Shown piece after piece: positions 42,539-51,680 of a stretch of DNA of 60,802 nt. Positions within the stretch are counted from its first letter, which is position 1. Each line of letters opens with the position of its first letter. Source of the stretch: Bacillota bacterium (GTDB lineage Bacteria > Bacillota > Clostridia > Christensenellales > UBA1242); contig WQSK01000002.1 in assembly GCA_009787915.1 (NCBI GenBank), positions 1-60,802 of the forward strand. Reading direction: 5' to 3'. The translations under genes were made by a program, and so were the position numbers. The notes beneath the pieces are model-generated. The model was not told the DNA's origin. It did not search any database and worked only from the letters and a program-made list of their open reading frames with translations.

Positions 42539-43848
42539 AAAAGTTTGAATTATACTGCCTCGGCGGAAACGAAACCGCGATTATAACGAAGAATTTGCCA
42601 GATGCAGAAGCCCTTGTTTTATCAAAACAAATCATGCGCGAAAACCCCGAAGTCGAACAAGTCGCCATTATAGAGTCCGTGAAAAACAATGTTTGTAATT
42701 TCCGAATGACAGGGGGCGAGTTTTGCGGCAACGCAGTCCGCGCGGTTGCCGAGTTCATGAGGCGGAACTTTGGTTTTTCAAAATCGAAAATCATTATAAA
42801 CGGCATTGAAATCGAGGGCGAGAGCAATGGGCGGACAAGCACCATAACCCTGCCCAAGAAAAGTTTGTTGCGCGAGGTCAAAACCCTAGGCGGTCGGACC
42901 TATGTTGTGATGAACGGAATCACACACGTTGTTGTGGATGGTCGGGGCGATGAAGTTTTGGCTCGTAAAATCAAAGACGACGCAACCGCCCGCGGAATCA
43001 CAAATGACGCGTTTGGCGTAATGTTTTTGGACGGAAACAAAATCAACCCATTTGTCTGGGTGGAAAAAGCCCAAACCTTTTTCAACGAAACCGCATGCTT
43101 AAGCGGGAGTATCGCGGTGTCTATCTTTTTGAACCAAACAAAAATTATCCAACCAACTAATGAAACCTACACAATTGAAATCACCGACACGAAAATAACG
43201 GCAGGTGGCAAAGTTGCCTTCATAGACAAAGAAACCACGACCAAGTTGGAGCAAGGTTTTGTTAAATACGCCGACCTTGTAGGCATCAAAAAATGCAATC
43301 CGAAAACGGACAAAGAGGCTTTGGTGACTTTTGGTGATGTGCTTGTGCGTGAAAGTGTTTTTCAAAAACTTGGCATGGTAGACAAAAATTTGAAGGCCAT
43401 TAACCCAAATTTGGAATTGGTTGTTGTCGAGGGCTGGCGACCCATGAAAGTCCAAGAGGCAAAATTCAACGAAATCCGCGAGCAACTTAAATTCAAATAT
43501 ACCGACGAGCAGGAACTACTCGAAGCCGTGCACCGCCTTATCGCTGTGCCAAGCGTTTGTGGGCACCCAACGGGCGGAGCCGTAGACGTGACAATCCGCG
43601 ACACGATAACGGGGGAACTTTTGGATTTCGGCACACCGATTCACGACTTATCTACAAAAGACGTTTATACATTCTCGCCACGGTTTGATGAAAACTCTGT
43701 CGGGCGCAAAAATCGTGAACTCCTGCGCCGTGCCATGGTGGAACAAAACTTTGCCCCGTTTGATGGCGAGTGGTGGCACTTTTCATACGGCGACAAAGAA
43801 TGGGCCGTGTACTATGGTCTTGAACAATTTTTGTATGGCGCACGTTAA
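42535..43848 (+). CDS. Fusion protein: DapF-like PLP-independent epimerase/racemase domain + VanX/DdpX-like D,D-dipeptidase domain
   Basis: N-terminal half: LGGNETAII, MTGGEFCGNAVRAVAEF and NETACLSGSIAV (two Cys blocks as in DapF CGNG / ACGTG). C-terminal half: LVVVEGWRPMKVQ, SVCGHPTGGAVDVTI, DGEWWHFSYGD (VanX-type motifs). ATG overlaps the hisG-like stop (ATGA). Confidence 0.65.
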   Translation: MKKFELYCLGGNETAIITKNLPDAEALVLSKQIMRENPEVEQVAIIESVKNNVCNFRMTGGEFCGNAVRAVAEFMRRNFGFSKSKIIINGIEIEGESNGRTSTITLPKKSLLREVKTLGGRTYVVMNGITHVVVDGRGDEVLARKIKDDATARGITNDAFGVMFLDGNKINPFVWVEKAQTFFNETACLSGSIAVSIFLNQTKIIQPTNETYTIEITDTKITAGGKVAFIDKETTTKLEQGFVKYADLVGIKKCNPKTDKEALVTFGDVLVRESVFQKLGMVDKNLKAINPNLELVVVEGWRPMKVQEAKFNEIREQLKFKYTDEQELLEAVHRLIAVPSVCGHPTGGAVDVTIRDTITGELLDFGTPIHDLSTKDVYTFSPRFDENSVGRKNRELLRRAMVEQNFAPFDGEWWHFSYGDKEWAVYYGLEQFLYGAR

Positions 43849-43853
43849 GAACT

Positions 43854-44399
43854 GTGGTATATTTATTTGTGCAAATAATCGGAGTTACGGGTTTAAGCGG
43901 AAGCGGCAAGACCACATGGTGTGCAAAACAAAATGGCGAGCACATCGAGGTGGACCGTTTTGTGTATGCGGTTTTGGACGAGGCCGACTTTATCGACGCC
44001 GTTGTGAAATTGCTGGGTACTGATATCTTTGTTGTGAAAGGCAAAACGGACAAACGGAAACTTGGAGAGATTGTTTTTGCGTCTGACGCGGACACGATTT
44101 TTCAGTATAACAAACTCGTTTGGAATTTTGTAGAACCAAGGATGCACACGGCGATTGCTTCGGCACGCAAAACAGGCAGGGATATTTTTATTGACTATCT
44201 TTTTTTGACGCACCCGCTGGCAGGGCTTTGGGAACTTTGCACGAAAAAAGTCCTAATCACGCGCGACGACAACAAGCGGTTAATGGCAGTAGCAAAACGC
44301 GATGGAGCCACTGTTGATTATATCCGCGCCCGTGACACTGCATTCCCGTTTACATTCAACGAAAAAGAATTTGATACTGTAATTCGGGTTGATGTATAG
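43854..44399 (+). CDS. coaE: Dephospho-CoA kinase
   Basis: IIGVTGLSGSGKTT P-loop, about 180 aa. An alternative GTG start exists at 43869. Confidence 0.8.
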   Translation: MVYLFVQIIGVTGLSGSGKTTWCAKQNGEHIEVDRFVYAVLDEADFIDAVVKLLGTDIFVVKGKTDKRKLGEIVFASDADTIFQYNKLVWNFVEPRMHTAIASARKTGRDIFIDYLFLTHPLAGLWELCTKKVLITRDDNKRLMAVAKRDGATVDYIRARDTAFPFTFNEKEFDTVIRVDV

Positions 44400-44405
44400 T
44401 GCCTA

Positions 44406-44434
44406 TTGACAAAGCATCTAAAAAGTGATACATT
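44406..44434 (+). promoter_or_regulatory. Sigma-70-type promoter TTGACA-17-TACATT, 7 nt before ATG 44442 (leaderless)
   Basis: Read directly from the sequence. Confidence 0.5.
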
Positions 44435-44441
44435 ATAATTG

Positions 44442-45149
44442 ATGAGCAATATTAATAAAGAAATATTTGAAACGGCAAAAGCCCATTTCAATGCGCAAGC
44501 CGAGCAAATACGGCTAAGTAAAGCGTTGTATTTTGCAATCGATGCACGAAAGGACAAAGCCCTCTTTAACATGCCTTTGGCAGAATTAAAGGCAAAAGAC
44601 CCTGAACTCGCACAATTTATGTACAAAATTGGTTCTTTTAATGCAGAAAAATTGGCGGAATATTTGAACGAGTCCTTTGACATCTATTTCAAGAACGACA
44701 ACTTTAAATTTTCTGCGACCACAAAGCGCACTGTAAACGACATAACTTTGTGTGAGGATAACTTTGACAAAATAGTCGAATTACTGAAAAAGGAAAACCC
44801 AAAAAAAAGAAACCCAGGATTGTATGACTATGTACCAGTTTGGGGTCACGAAAGGCATTTAGGCGACATTTATAATGGGCAATATACTTTTGGTTCGTCG
44901 TTTATAACAGAAGAACAAAAGCAAATGGCGATAAACGACCCTGCGACTCTTATGGGGATTGAAAGGCGTATCTATCCATTTAGCGATGTAAAGGCTGAAC
45001 ACTCTCTGTACTCACTTCTCGCGGGGCATACTGCATGGATGGAGGTAACGTCGCCCAACCGCGACAGGACTATAGAAAAAGTATTCGGTAGATGTGTTCC
45101 ATACGTAGTCGGAAGAAATATACAAGAACTTGGCGATGATTTTGTTTAA
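44442..45149 (+). CDS. Hypothetical 235-aa protein, paralog B (pairs with 40627-41337)
   Basis: See paralog A. Same length class and shared sequence blocks. Confidence 0.6.
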   Translation: MSNINKEIFETAKAHFNAQAEQIRLSKALYFAIDARKDKALFNMPLAELKAKDPELAQFMYKIGSFNAEKLAEYLNESFDIYFKNDNFKFSATTKRTVNDITLCEDNFDKIVELLKKENPKKRNPGLYDYVPVWGHERHLGDIYNGQYTFGSSFITEEQKQMAINDPATLMGIERRIYPFSDVKAEHSLYSLLAGHTAWMEVTSPNRDRTIEKVFGRCVPYVVGRNIQELGDDFV

Positions 45150-45910
45150 CCCTCAATAGACGGTGCTTTTTTCTGTCTTGTTTTTAGGATAACCAAAACA
45201 ATCCCCATGAAAATCGCGGTAGCAATAAGCCCCAACCCGTACCAAAGCGGTTGATTTGCAAACCTGTCGATTATGACTATGTAAGGAGGAGCCGTGTCGT
45301 ACCCAATTGTGTTTCCGCGAAAAAAATAACTGTGGAAAACAATCAGGTTGTCATGGCGATATGCAGAGGGAACACTTGAACGGCGTGTTGTTGATTCAAA
45401 CACAAAAAAGTACTGTTTGTAATTCGCAGAAGCAAATGTGAATAACTCCCGCGCACGGGCTTCAATTGCGTTTATACGCGCACGTGTGTCATGTTCCTCA
45501 TCAAGTCTTTCAAGTAGTACCCACGGGTTTTCAAAACTGAGTTCTCTGTCAACAAAAAATGCACTCTCGGTAATGGTGCGGTTCACGCCAACTGGGCGTT
45601 CGATTTCGGGAACTTTGTTCCAATCAAAAAATGCGGTGAAACTGTTAAAGTACAACTCGACTTGCAAAATTCCCTGGCTTGCCGATACATAGGCGTACAT
45701 ATCGTAATCGCCAATCATCTCGGTGATAGTTGTGTCTAGGGCATCAAGCGCATCGGCAGGCACGGTTTCGCTTGCCAAAGAATACCTCATTAACAAAATT
45801 ACATCCCAGTTATCGGGGAAGTGAATCATGTCGTGTTGGGGTTGTCTTGAACAACCCGTGGCAAAGACCGCCACGAACAACACAATTGAAATTACACAAA
45901 GTTTTTTCAT
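45146..45910 (-). CDS. Lipoprotein with C-terminal TM helix (hypothetical)
   Basis: MKKLCVISIVLFVAVFATGCSRQ lipobox, and a C-terminal helix LWYGLGLIATAIFMGIVLVIL. Confidence 0.6.
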   Translation of the reverse strand: MKKLCVISIVLFVAVFATGCSRQPQHDMIHFPDNWDVILLMRYSLASETVPADALDALDTTITEMIGDYDMYAYVSASQGILQVELYFNSFTAFFDWNKVPEIERPVGVNRTITESAFFVDRELSFENPWVLLERLDEEHDTRARINAIEARARELFTFASANYKQYFFVFESTTRRSSVPSAYRHDNLIVFHSYFFRGNTIGYDTAPPYIVIIDRFANQPLWYGLGLIATAIFMGIVLVILKTRQKKAPSIEG

Positions 45911-45991
45911 CTACTATCTATATTATTGCAAAGGGGCTTTAAAGTCTATATGTTTTCGCACACTTTTAGAACAACCTGCGTATTCTGACTT

Positions 45992-46372
45992 ATGTTAAAT
46001 AATAACTGCACACCAATCACACATACGATAGTCGCGGGAGATACACTTTGGAGCCTTGCAATCCGCTATAACACAACCGTTGAAAAATTACTTGAACTAA
46101 ACCCAGGTGTCGAGGTCTATAACCTTGAAATCGGTTCACAACTTGTTGTTTCAGAATGCACTCACCCAACACACCCACCTGTAACACCTGTTCCGCCAAT
46201 CGGGGAAGTCCCAAACCGCCCATGCCACGGCAACAACCACACAGAGCATTTCCGCAAAATGTTTGAAATGCAACTTTGTTGGCTTGCCGACCAATACGGT
46301 ATGGACGAAGTCCGCAAAATTGTAAGAAGCCTTTCCCACGCTTGGGAAGGTAACAGAAACCCTTGCCGTTAA
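45992..46372 (+). CDS. LysM-domain protein
   Basis: HTIVAGDTLWSLAIRYNTTVEKLLELNPGVEVYNLEIGSQLVV. Confidence 0.7.
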   Translation: MLNNNCTPITHTIVAGDTLWSLAIRYNTTVEKLLELNPGVEVYNLEIGSQLVVSECTHPTHPPVTPVPPIGEVPNRPCHGNNHTEHFRKMFEMQLCWLADQYGMDEVRKIVRSLSHAWEGNRNPCR

Positions 46373-47241
46373 TTGTCGGAAGGTTTTGATTTTTTCACAC
46401 GGGTCACATCATCCGTTTGAACCTCTGCATTTGCACAACATGGCCCGACCGCTTTGGTTGGGCTTTGTTGTTCTGGCATACGGAACACATCTCTGATAGG
46501 CGATGTGTATTTTCTAAAGAACTTAAGCAACGTTTTGTGGTAAAGCACCAACAATACCAAGTTAATAACCATAACGTTCACCAGCAATATAAGTTCAAAG
46601 ATTGTTGCGTGGTCAAGTATCATAGGTATAAGGAAGTTGTATGCGATAAGGAGCAACACCTCGAATGGGCGGAACACCATTACGATAAGCATGAATTGCC
46701 AAAACCGCATCTTTGACGCACCGCAAATAAGGCAAATCAAATCTGTTGGCATAAATGGGATAAGGAACAACCAAGGTACGGCGTTTGTACCTTTTGTACC
46801 AACCCAATCAAGACGTCGTTCAATATTTTCTTTTCCAAAAAGCCAAAACATCAAATTACGTCCGCCAAACCGACCTACCATATAAAGGGCAATAGATGCG
46901 AGTATAACCGAGATAGACCCAACCGCCAAAGTAATCCAAAAGTTCCCGCCAAACAATAAAAACCCTGCGGTTATGAACAGTGTTGTGTTTCCTGGGATAA
47001 AACTTAGGAACACCGCCTGTACTATGAACAAAACAATGTAAACCACATAGAGCCAGAACCCAAACCCAGAGAGGGTTTCTTCCATAGCCTCGGGGTTCAT
47101 AAGCCCCAGTGCATCAAACAGGAAAAACCCGCCGACGCTTATCCCCGCAATCACGGCAATCGCACCAAGGAGTTTATAAAACTTTGGGCTCTTAAACATT
47201 CTTCCCATGTTATAAAAAAATGCATGTATCATATCTTTCAT
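46369..47241 (-). CDS. TVP38/TMEM64 (DedA-related) family membrane protein
   Basis: Polytopic, with FIPGNTTLFITAGFLLFG and PFMPTDLICLICGASKMRFWQF blocks. Confidence 0.65.
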   Translation of the reverse strand: MKDMIHAFFYNMGRMFKSPKFYKLLGAIAVIAGISVGGFFLFDALGLMNPEAMEETLSGFGFWLYVVYIVLFIVQAVFLSFIPGNTTLFITAGFLLFGGNFWITLAVGSISVILASIALYMVGRFGGRNLMFWLFGKENIERRLDWVGTKGTNAVPWLFLIPFMPTDLICLICGASKMRFWQFMLIVMVFRPFEVLLLIAYNFLIPMILDHATIFELILLVNVMVINLVLLVLYHKTLLKFFRKYTSPIRDVFRMPEQQSPTKAVGPCCANAEVQTDDVTRVKKSKPSDN

Positions 47242-47253
47242 ATATATGTATCC

Positions 47254-48126
47254 TTATCTCCCCCAAAGCCACCTAAACGAAATATAATGCCAAAGTGTAT
47301 CAAAAAACCAATTCGTCGCGGTTTGGTTTGGTATTTTTTCTTGGACAACACCTGATAAAATAGATGTTGGCTGTGGACCAAAGTACGCGCTGTCGATACT
47401 CATTTGTGAGAGTTCTGCTGCTGTACCTCTGCCTCCTCTGTGGTCGCCCAAATAAAACATATAGCCCTGTGGTATGTACATCTCAAAGCGTTCGCGCTCG
47501 TAATTCCAACGGCGAAAGTATTCACCATCCTCCGTTGTGCGATTGAACCCAGGGTTATTGTGAATATCGCGGAATCGGTATGTCACAGAGAAACTAAATG
47601 GCGGTATCCCTGTTTGCTGATAAGTCCAAAAGTCATTAAAATAATGTGTCGAGTTATGATGCACGTTGTTTCCAAAAAGGTATGTAAAGCCAGGGTGGTT
47701 GTTATCGTGTTCTACACCGTCAACGGTAATAATGAAACGACCTTCATAAAGACATCGTTCAAAATGAACCCACTCGCCATCTATGGCAACGAGTCTTTTT
47801 ATGTGCAAGACCGTTTCCCCTGTTGTAAGTGTGTGCCTCACAACAATAATGTCACCGCGCTCTGGAGAACGAAAACGGTTTACCAAAACGGAATCTGTGT
47901 TTGCCCCGCTTGCGTTAAGCGACATCATCATGCTTTGTCCTGTAACGGCCGCCAAAAAGAAAATTATTGTAAACGTGACAAGTCCAACACCAACAAGGGC
48001 GGAAACCCCAAAAATGCTGGAGGCAACTATGGTTAAAATTCGCCCCCGACGGGTGCCCTCTTTTAAATCACGCCCGTGGTGCTCGGCACTGTATTCTTGT
48101 GATACAAAACCCCGTTTTCTTGCCAT
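47254..48126 (-). CDS. lepB: Signal peptidase I (S26)
   Basis: Start moved to ATG 48126 (MARKRGF...) because the longer track ORF overlaps the SDR gene. TM helix, then VTGQSMMMSL (Ser box), RGDIIVV, IKRLVAIDGE, YLGDHRGGRGTAAELSQMSIDSAYFG. Confidence 0.8.
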   Translation of the reverse strand: MARKRGFVSQEYSAEHHGRDLKEGTRRGRILTIVASSIFGVSALVGVGLVTFTIIFFLAAVTGQSMMMSLNASGANTDSVLVNRFRSPERGDIIVVRHTLTTGETVLHIKRLVAIDGEWVHFERCLYEGRFIITVDGVEHDNNHPGFTYLFGNNVHHNSTHYFNDFWTYQQTGIPPFSFSVTYRFRDIHNNPGFNRTTEDGEYFRRWNYERERFEMYIPQGYMFYLGDHRGGRGTAAELSQMSIDSAYFGPQPTSILSGVVQEKIPNQTATNWFFDTLWHYISFRWLWGR

Positions 48127-48154
48127 ATTAAAAAGTATCATATATAATATTGCT

Positions 48155-48844
48155 ATGTCAAAAACAATTATCATCACAGGTGCAAGTGACGGACTTGGGA
48201 AAGCACTCGCACAATTGTGCATTAAAAACAAGTTTGGGGTTATTAACATAAGCCGAACGCCTTGTACCATAAAAGGTGTTGAGAATATATCTTGTGACTT
48301 GTCAAACGAAGACGACCTTTTAAAAACCATAGAAATTATCAAAACCAAGTATTCAGACTTTTCGGTTCTTGTAAATAACGCCGCGATTGTTGGACATTCG
48401 GAAATAAACAAACTGGATTTTTCTAAACTTGAAAAGACTTTTAAAATAAATACAATAGCACCATTATTTTTGGTGTCTAAACTTTTTGACCTGATAGTAA
48501 AAAACCAAGCAGATATCATAAACGTCGGAACTACACATAGCCAACATGCACATCCTGGTATGGAAGGGCAACTTGCGTATGTATCAAGCAAGTATGGGCT
48601 TCGCGGGGGAAGTTACAACATTGCGAAAGAACTTAAAGAAACAAAGAGCCGAATGATTCACGTCCACCTGGGTGGTTTTCAATCAAAAATGCACGAGAAA
48701 GATTATGGCAACGTGATGCAAGACCCACAAAACTGGATGACCCCAAGCGACATTGCCGAGATACTTTTGTATCTTGTTGGTTTACCAAAACAAATTGAGA
48801 TAAGCGAAATAACTATTAACAGAAAAACTAGACGTATGATATAG
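48155..48844 (+). CDS. Short-chain dehydrogenase/reductase
   Basis: MSKTIIITGASDGLGKALA (TGxxxGxG), NNAA, YVSSKYGLRG (YxxxK). Confidence 0.8.
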   Translation: MSKTIIITGASDGLGKALAQLCIKNKFGVINISRTPCTIKGVENISCDLSNEDDLLKTIEIIKTKYSDFSVLVNNAAIVGHSEINKLDFSKLEKTFKINTIAPLFLVSKLFDLIVKNQADIINVGTTHSQHAHPGMEGQLAYVSSKYGLRGGSYNIAKELKETKSRMIHVHLGGFQSKMHEKDYGNVMQDPQNWMTPSDIAEILLYLVGLPKQIEISEITINRKTRRMI

Positions 48845-48857
48845 TTTGTGCTATTTT

Positions 48858-51164
48858 ATGTTCATGGATTTTCCAACAATACACAAAAAATGGCAACAGT
48901 ATTGGCGCGACAACGACGTCAATAAATACAATGGTTTGGGCAAAAAACCATATTTTTTACTCGAGATGTTTCCGTACCCAAGCGGTTCAACCCTGCACAT
49001 AGGGCATTTCTATATGTATTCTTTGCCTGACACGCACGCAAGGTTCATGCGTATGTGTGGACACGATGTGTTTCACCCTATGGGCTTTGATGCGTTTGGT
49101 TTGCCTGCCGAAAACCATGCACTTAAAACAGGCACACATCCGCGCGATAACACCATAAAAAACATGGAGATTATGCGCCGTCAGTTTGAAGAACTCGGTG
49201 GTATGTATCACTGGAACACTGGGAAAGCCAACATTCTTACAACTTGTTTTCCTGATTATTACAAGTGGAACCAATGGTTGTTTTTGCAACTATTAAAGCA
49301 CGGGCTTGCATATCAAAAAGAAGCCCCAGTCAATTGGTGCGATAAATGCAAAACGGTTTTGGCAAACGAACAGGTTTTGGGAAACAATAGTTGCGAACGC
49401 TGTGACACAGTTATAGAGCGCCGTAACATGAAACAATGGTTTATCCGAATCACTGATTATTCTGAAAAACTATTGGTTGGTTTGGACACCCTTGATTGGC
49501 CTTCAAAAACAAAGGCAATGCAAAAAAACTGGATAGGGAAGAGTACGGGCGAACTCGTCACTTTTAAATCAACCGTTTCGGATGGTTTCCAAGTGTTTAC
49601 CACAAGACCAGATACGATTACCATGGTTACATTCGTTGTTATCGCGCCAGAACATCCCGACGTCCAAAAATACATCACCAAAGAAAACAAAACCGCATGT
49701 GACAAATATATAAAAACCGCAATGTCAAAATCCGAAGTCGACCGCCAATGTGTCGAGAAAACAAAGACAGGTGTTTTCACAGGTTCTTTTGTTAAAAACC
49801 CTGTGACAGGTGACGACGTTCCTGTGTGGGTTGCGGACTATGTTCTGTATGGACATGGAACAGGTGCGGTTATGGGCGTTCCCGCGCATGACGAGCGTGA
49901 CCATGAATTTGCAACCGCATTTAAAATCAAGATTATCGAGGGCGATTTTTATAAAAAACCCGTCGGCAAGAAAACCACAACATATCGCCTGCGTGATTGG
50001 GGTATTGGTCGCCAACGATATTGGGGAACACCAATCCCGATTATTTATTGCGATGTACACGGTACTGTACCTGTTCCTGAAAAAGACCTGCCCATTGAAC
50101 TACCTTACATAAAGGACTTTAAACCAAAAGGTTCGGCTCCTCTTGCATCTGTGCCCGAATTTATTAATACAAAATGCTCGATTTGTGGAAAAGCGGCGAC
50201 ACGCGAATGTGATACTATGGATACATTTGTGTGTAGCAGTTGGTACCACCTCCGTTATCAATACAATGACCGTGCCGATGTGCCGTTTGAAAAAAATGGT
50301 ATGGCGGTTGACACCTATGTAGGCGGTGCCGAGCACAGCTGCGGACACCTTTTGTATGCGCGCTTTATCCACAGGTTTTTGTACGAAAAAGGTTTTGTTA
50401 AAAACCCCGAGCCGTTCAAAAAACTGATTCATCAAGGTATGGTTTTGGGACCCGATGGACAAAAGATGTCGAAATCAAAAGGCAACGTAATCGCACCTGA
50501 AAACTATACACAAAAATATGGGAGCGACATCCTTCGTTTGTATATGCAGTTTGGTTTTAACTTTACCGATGGTGGTCCGTGGGATGAAAAAACACTTCAA
50601 TCCGTTGTCAAATTTATTGACCGTATAGAGAGGTTGATTTTGTCACTTCCTAAGAATCTCCCAGGCAAAATTTCCGACAAGGACAAAGACCTTTTATATG
50701 TCGAGCACAACGCGATTAAATCGGTTCGCCACGATTTGGAAAACTTTTCTTTTAACACCGCAGTTGCCCGTTGTATGGAACTTTTAAACGCGATTTCTGA
50801 TTATTCAAAAAAAACCGATGCAACCCCTTGTGTTGTGAACTTTGCGACAAGGACGCTCGTGTTGTTAATCGCGCCTATGATCCCGCATATTGCCGAGGAG
50901 TTCTGGCAAATGCTTTGTGAAAAACCATCTGTGTTTAACCAATCGTTTCCAGTTGCGAATGAAAAGTACCTTGTCAAGTCCACGGTAGAAATCGCGGTAC
51001 AAATCAACAGCAAGATTGTAGGCCGTATCGTTGTTCCCTCGGAAGCCACACAAGACACAGTGACCAAATTGTGTAAAGACTTTACAAATGGCAAAAATCC
51101 AAGTAAGGTTATCTATATTCCTGGACGGATTATTAACTTTATCATCGCGGAGGCGGGCAAGTAA
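48858..51164 (+). CDS. leuS: Leucine--tRNA ligase
   Basis: FPYPSGSTLHIGHFYMY (HIGH), CP1/editing region, GGAEHSCGHLLYARF, KMSKSKGN. Confidence 0.9.
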   Translation: MFMDFPTIHKKWQQYWRDNDVNKYNGLGKKPYFLLEMFPYPSGSTLHIGHFYMYSLPDTHARFMRMCGHDVFHPMGFDAFGLPAENHALKTGTHPRDNTIKNMEIMRRQFEELGGMYHWNTGKANILTTCFPDYYKWNQWLFLQLLKHGLAYQKEAPVNWCDKCKTVLANEQVLGNNSCERCDTVIERRNMKQWFIRITDYSEKLLVGLDTLDWPSKTKAMQKNWIGKSTGELVTFKSTVSDGFQVFTTRPDTITMVTFVVIAPEHPDVQKYITKENKTACDKYIKTAMSKSEVDRQCVEKTKTGVFTGSFVKNPVTGDDVPVWVADYVLYGHGTGAVMGVPAHDERDHEFATAFKIKIIEGDFYKKPVGKKTTTYRLRDWGIGRQRYWGTPIPIIYCDVHGTVPVPEKDLPIELPYIKDFKPKGSAPLASVPEFINTKCSICGKAATRECDTMDTFVCSSWYHLRYQYNDRADVPFEKNGMAVDTYVGGAEHSCGHLLYARFIHRFLYEKGFVKNPEPFKKLIHQGMVLGPDGQKMSKSKGNVIAPENYTQKYGSDILRLYMQFGFNFTDGGPWDEKTLQSVVKFIDRIERLILSLPKNLPGKISDKDKDLLYVEHNAIKSVRHDLENFSFNTAVARCMELLNAISDYSKKTDATPCVVNFATRTLVLLIAPMIPHIAEEFWQMLCEKPSVFNQSFPVANEKYLVKSTVEIAVQINSKIVGRIVVPSEATQDTVTKLCKDFTNGKNPSKVIYIPGRIINFIIAEAGK

Positions 51165-51673
51165 TGGAAAACAAACCAAAAAAGAAAACAACATATGCTA
51201 ACGTAAAACGCGTCATGGAAGTCGGCGCAATGGCAACCCCGCTTGTTGTTGTTTTTGCCGTGTTTTTGGCACCATTGATTGCGGACTCAAGTTACTATCT
51301 TTTTATTGCGTCATTACAACCCGAATATCTTCGCCCGTACTTTTTTATGCTCGGGGGTTGGGGAATTGCGGTTGCGGTTATGGCACTTATCACGGTTGGG
51401 TTTCTCACCGTATATTATATCCGTCGCTCTTTGGCGTTGCGAGCGACTTGTTACGTATGTATATCGGTACTTTTGACATTGTGTATATCTACCGCGATTA
51501 TAGCATCGGTTACGGTGTTCGGACATGACCCTGTACCATATGTCTTGGCATATGGATTCTTTGATTTACTGCAACACATCATCGCCGTTATAATATTCGC
51601 AACTATGAACCTTGCTTTCATTCTTGGCTGGGTTTGGATATCGGAAAAATTGCGCCATGCCGAGGAAGAATAA
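51164..51673 (+). CDS. Hypothetical 4-5 TM membrane protein
   Basis: Hydrophobic segments throughout. Overlaps the leuS stop. Confidence 0.5.
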   Translation: MENKPKKKTTYANVKRVMEVGAMATPLVVVFAVFLAPLIADSSYYLFIASLQPEYLRPYFFMLGGWGIAVAVMALITVGFLTVYYIRRSLALRATCYVCISVLLTLCISTAIIASVTVFGHDPVPYVLAYGFFDLLQHIIAVIIFATMNLAFILGWVWISEKLRHAEEE

Positions 51674-51680
51674 ACCCACA

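Noticed and set aside
47254-48591. Full 445-aa version of the signal peptidase ORF
   Set aside because: The first 155 codons overlap the SDR gene on the opposite strand and carry no S26 features. ATG 48126 followed by a TM helix and the Ser box gives a normal 290-aa LepB.
2100-51200. T-box leaders in front of the other aminoacyl-tRNA synthetase genes (glyQS, proS, leuS)
   Set aside because: The gaps upstream of these genes are only 0-30 nt, so there is no room for a leader of about 200 nt.
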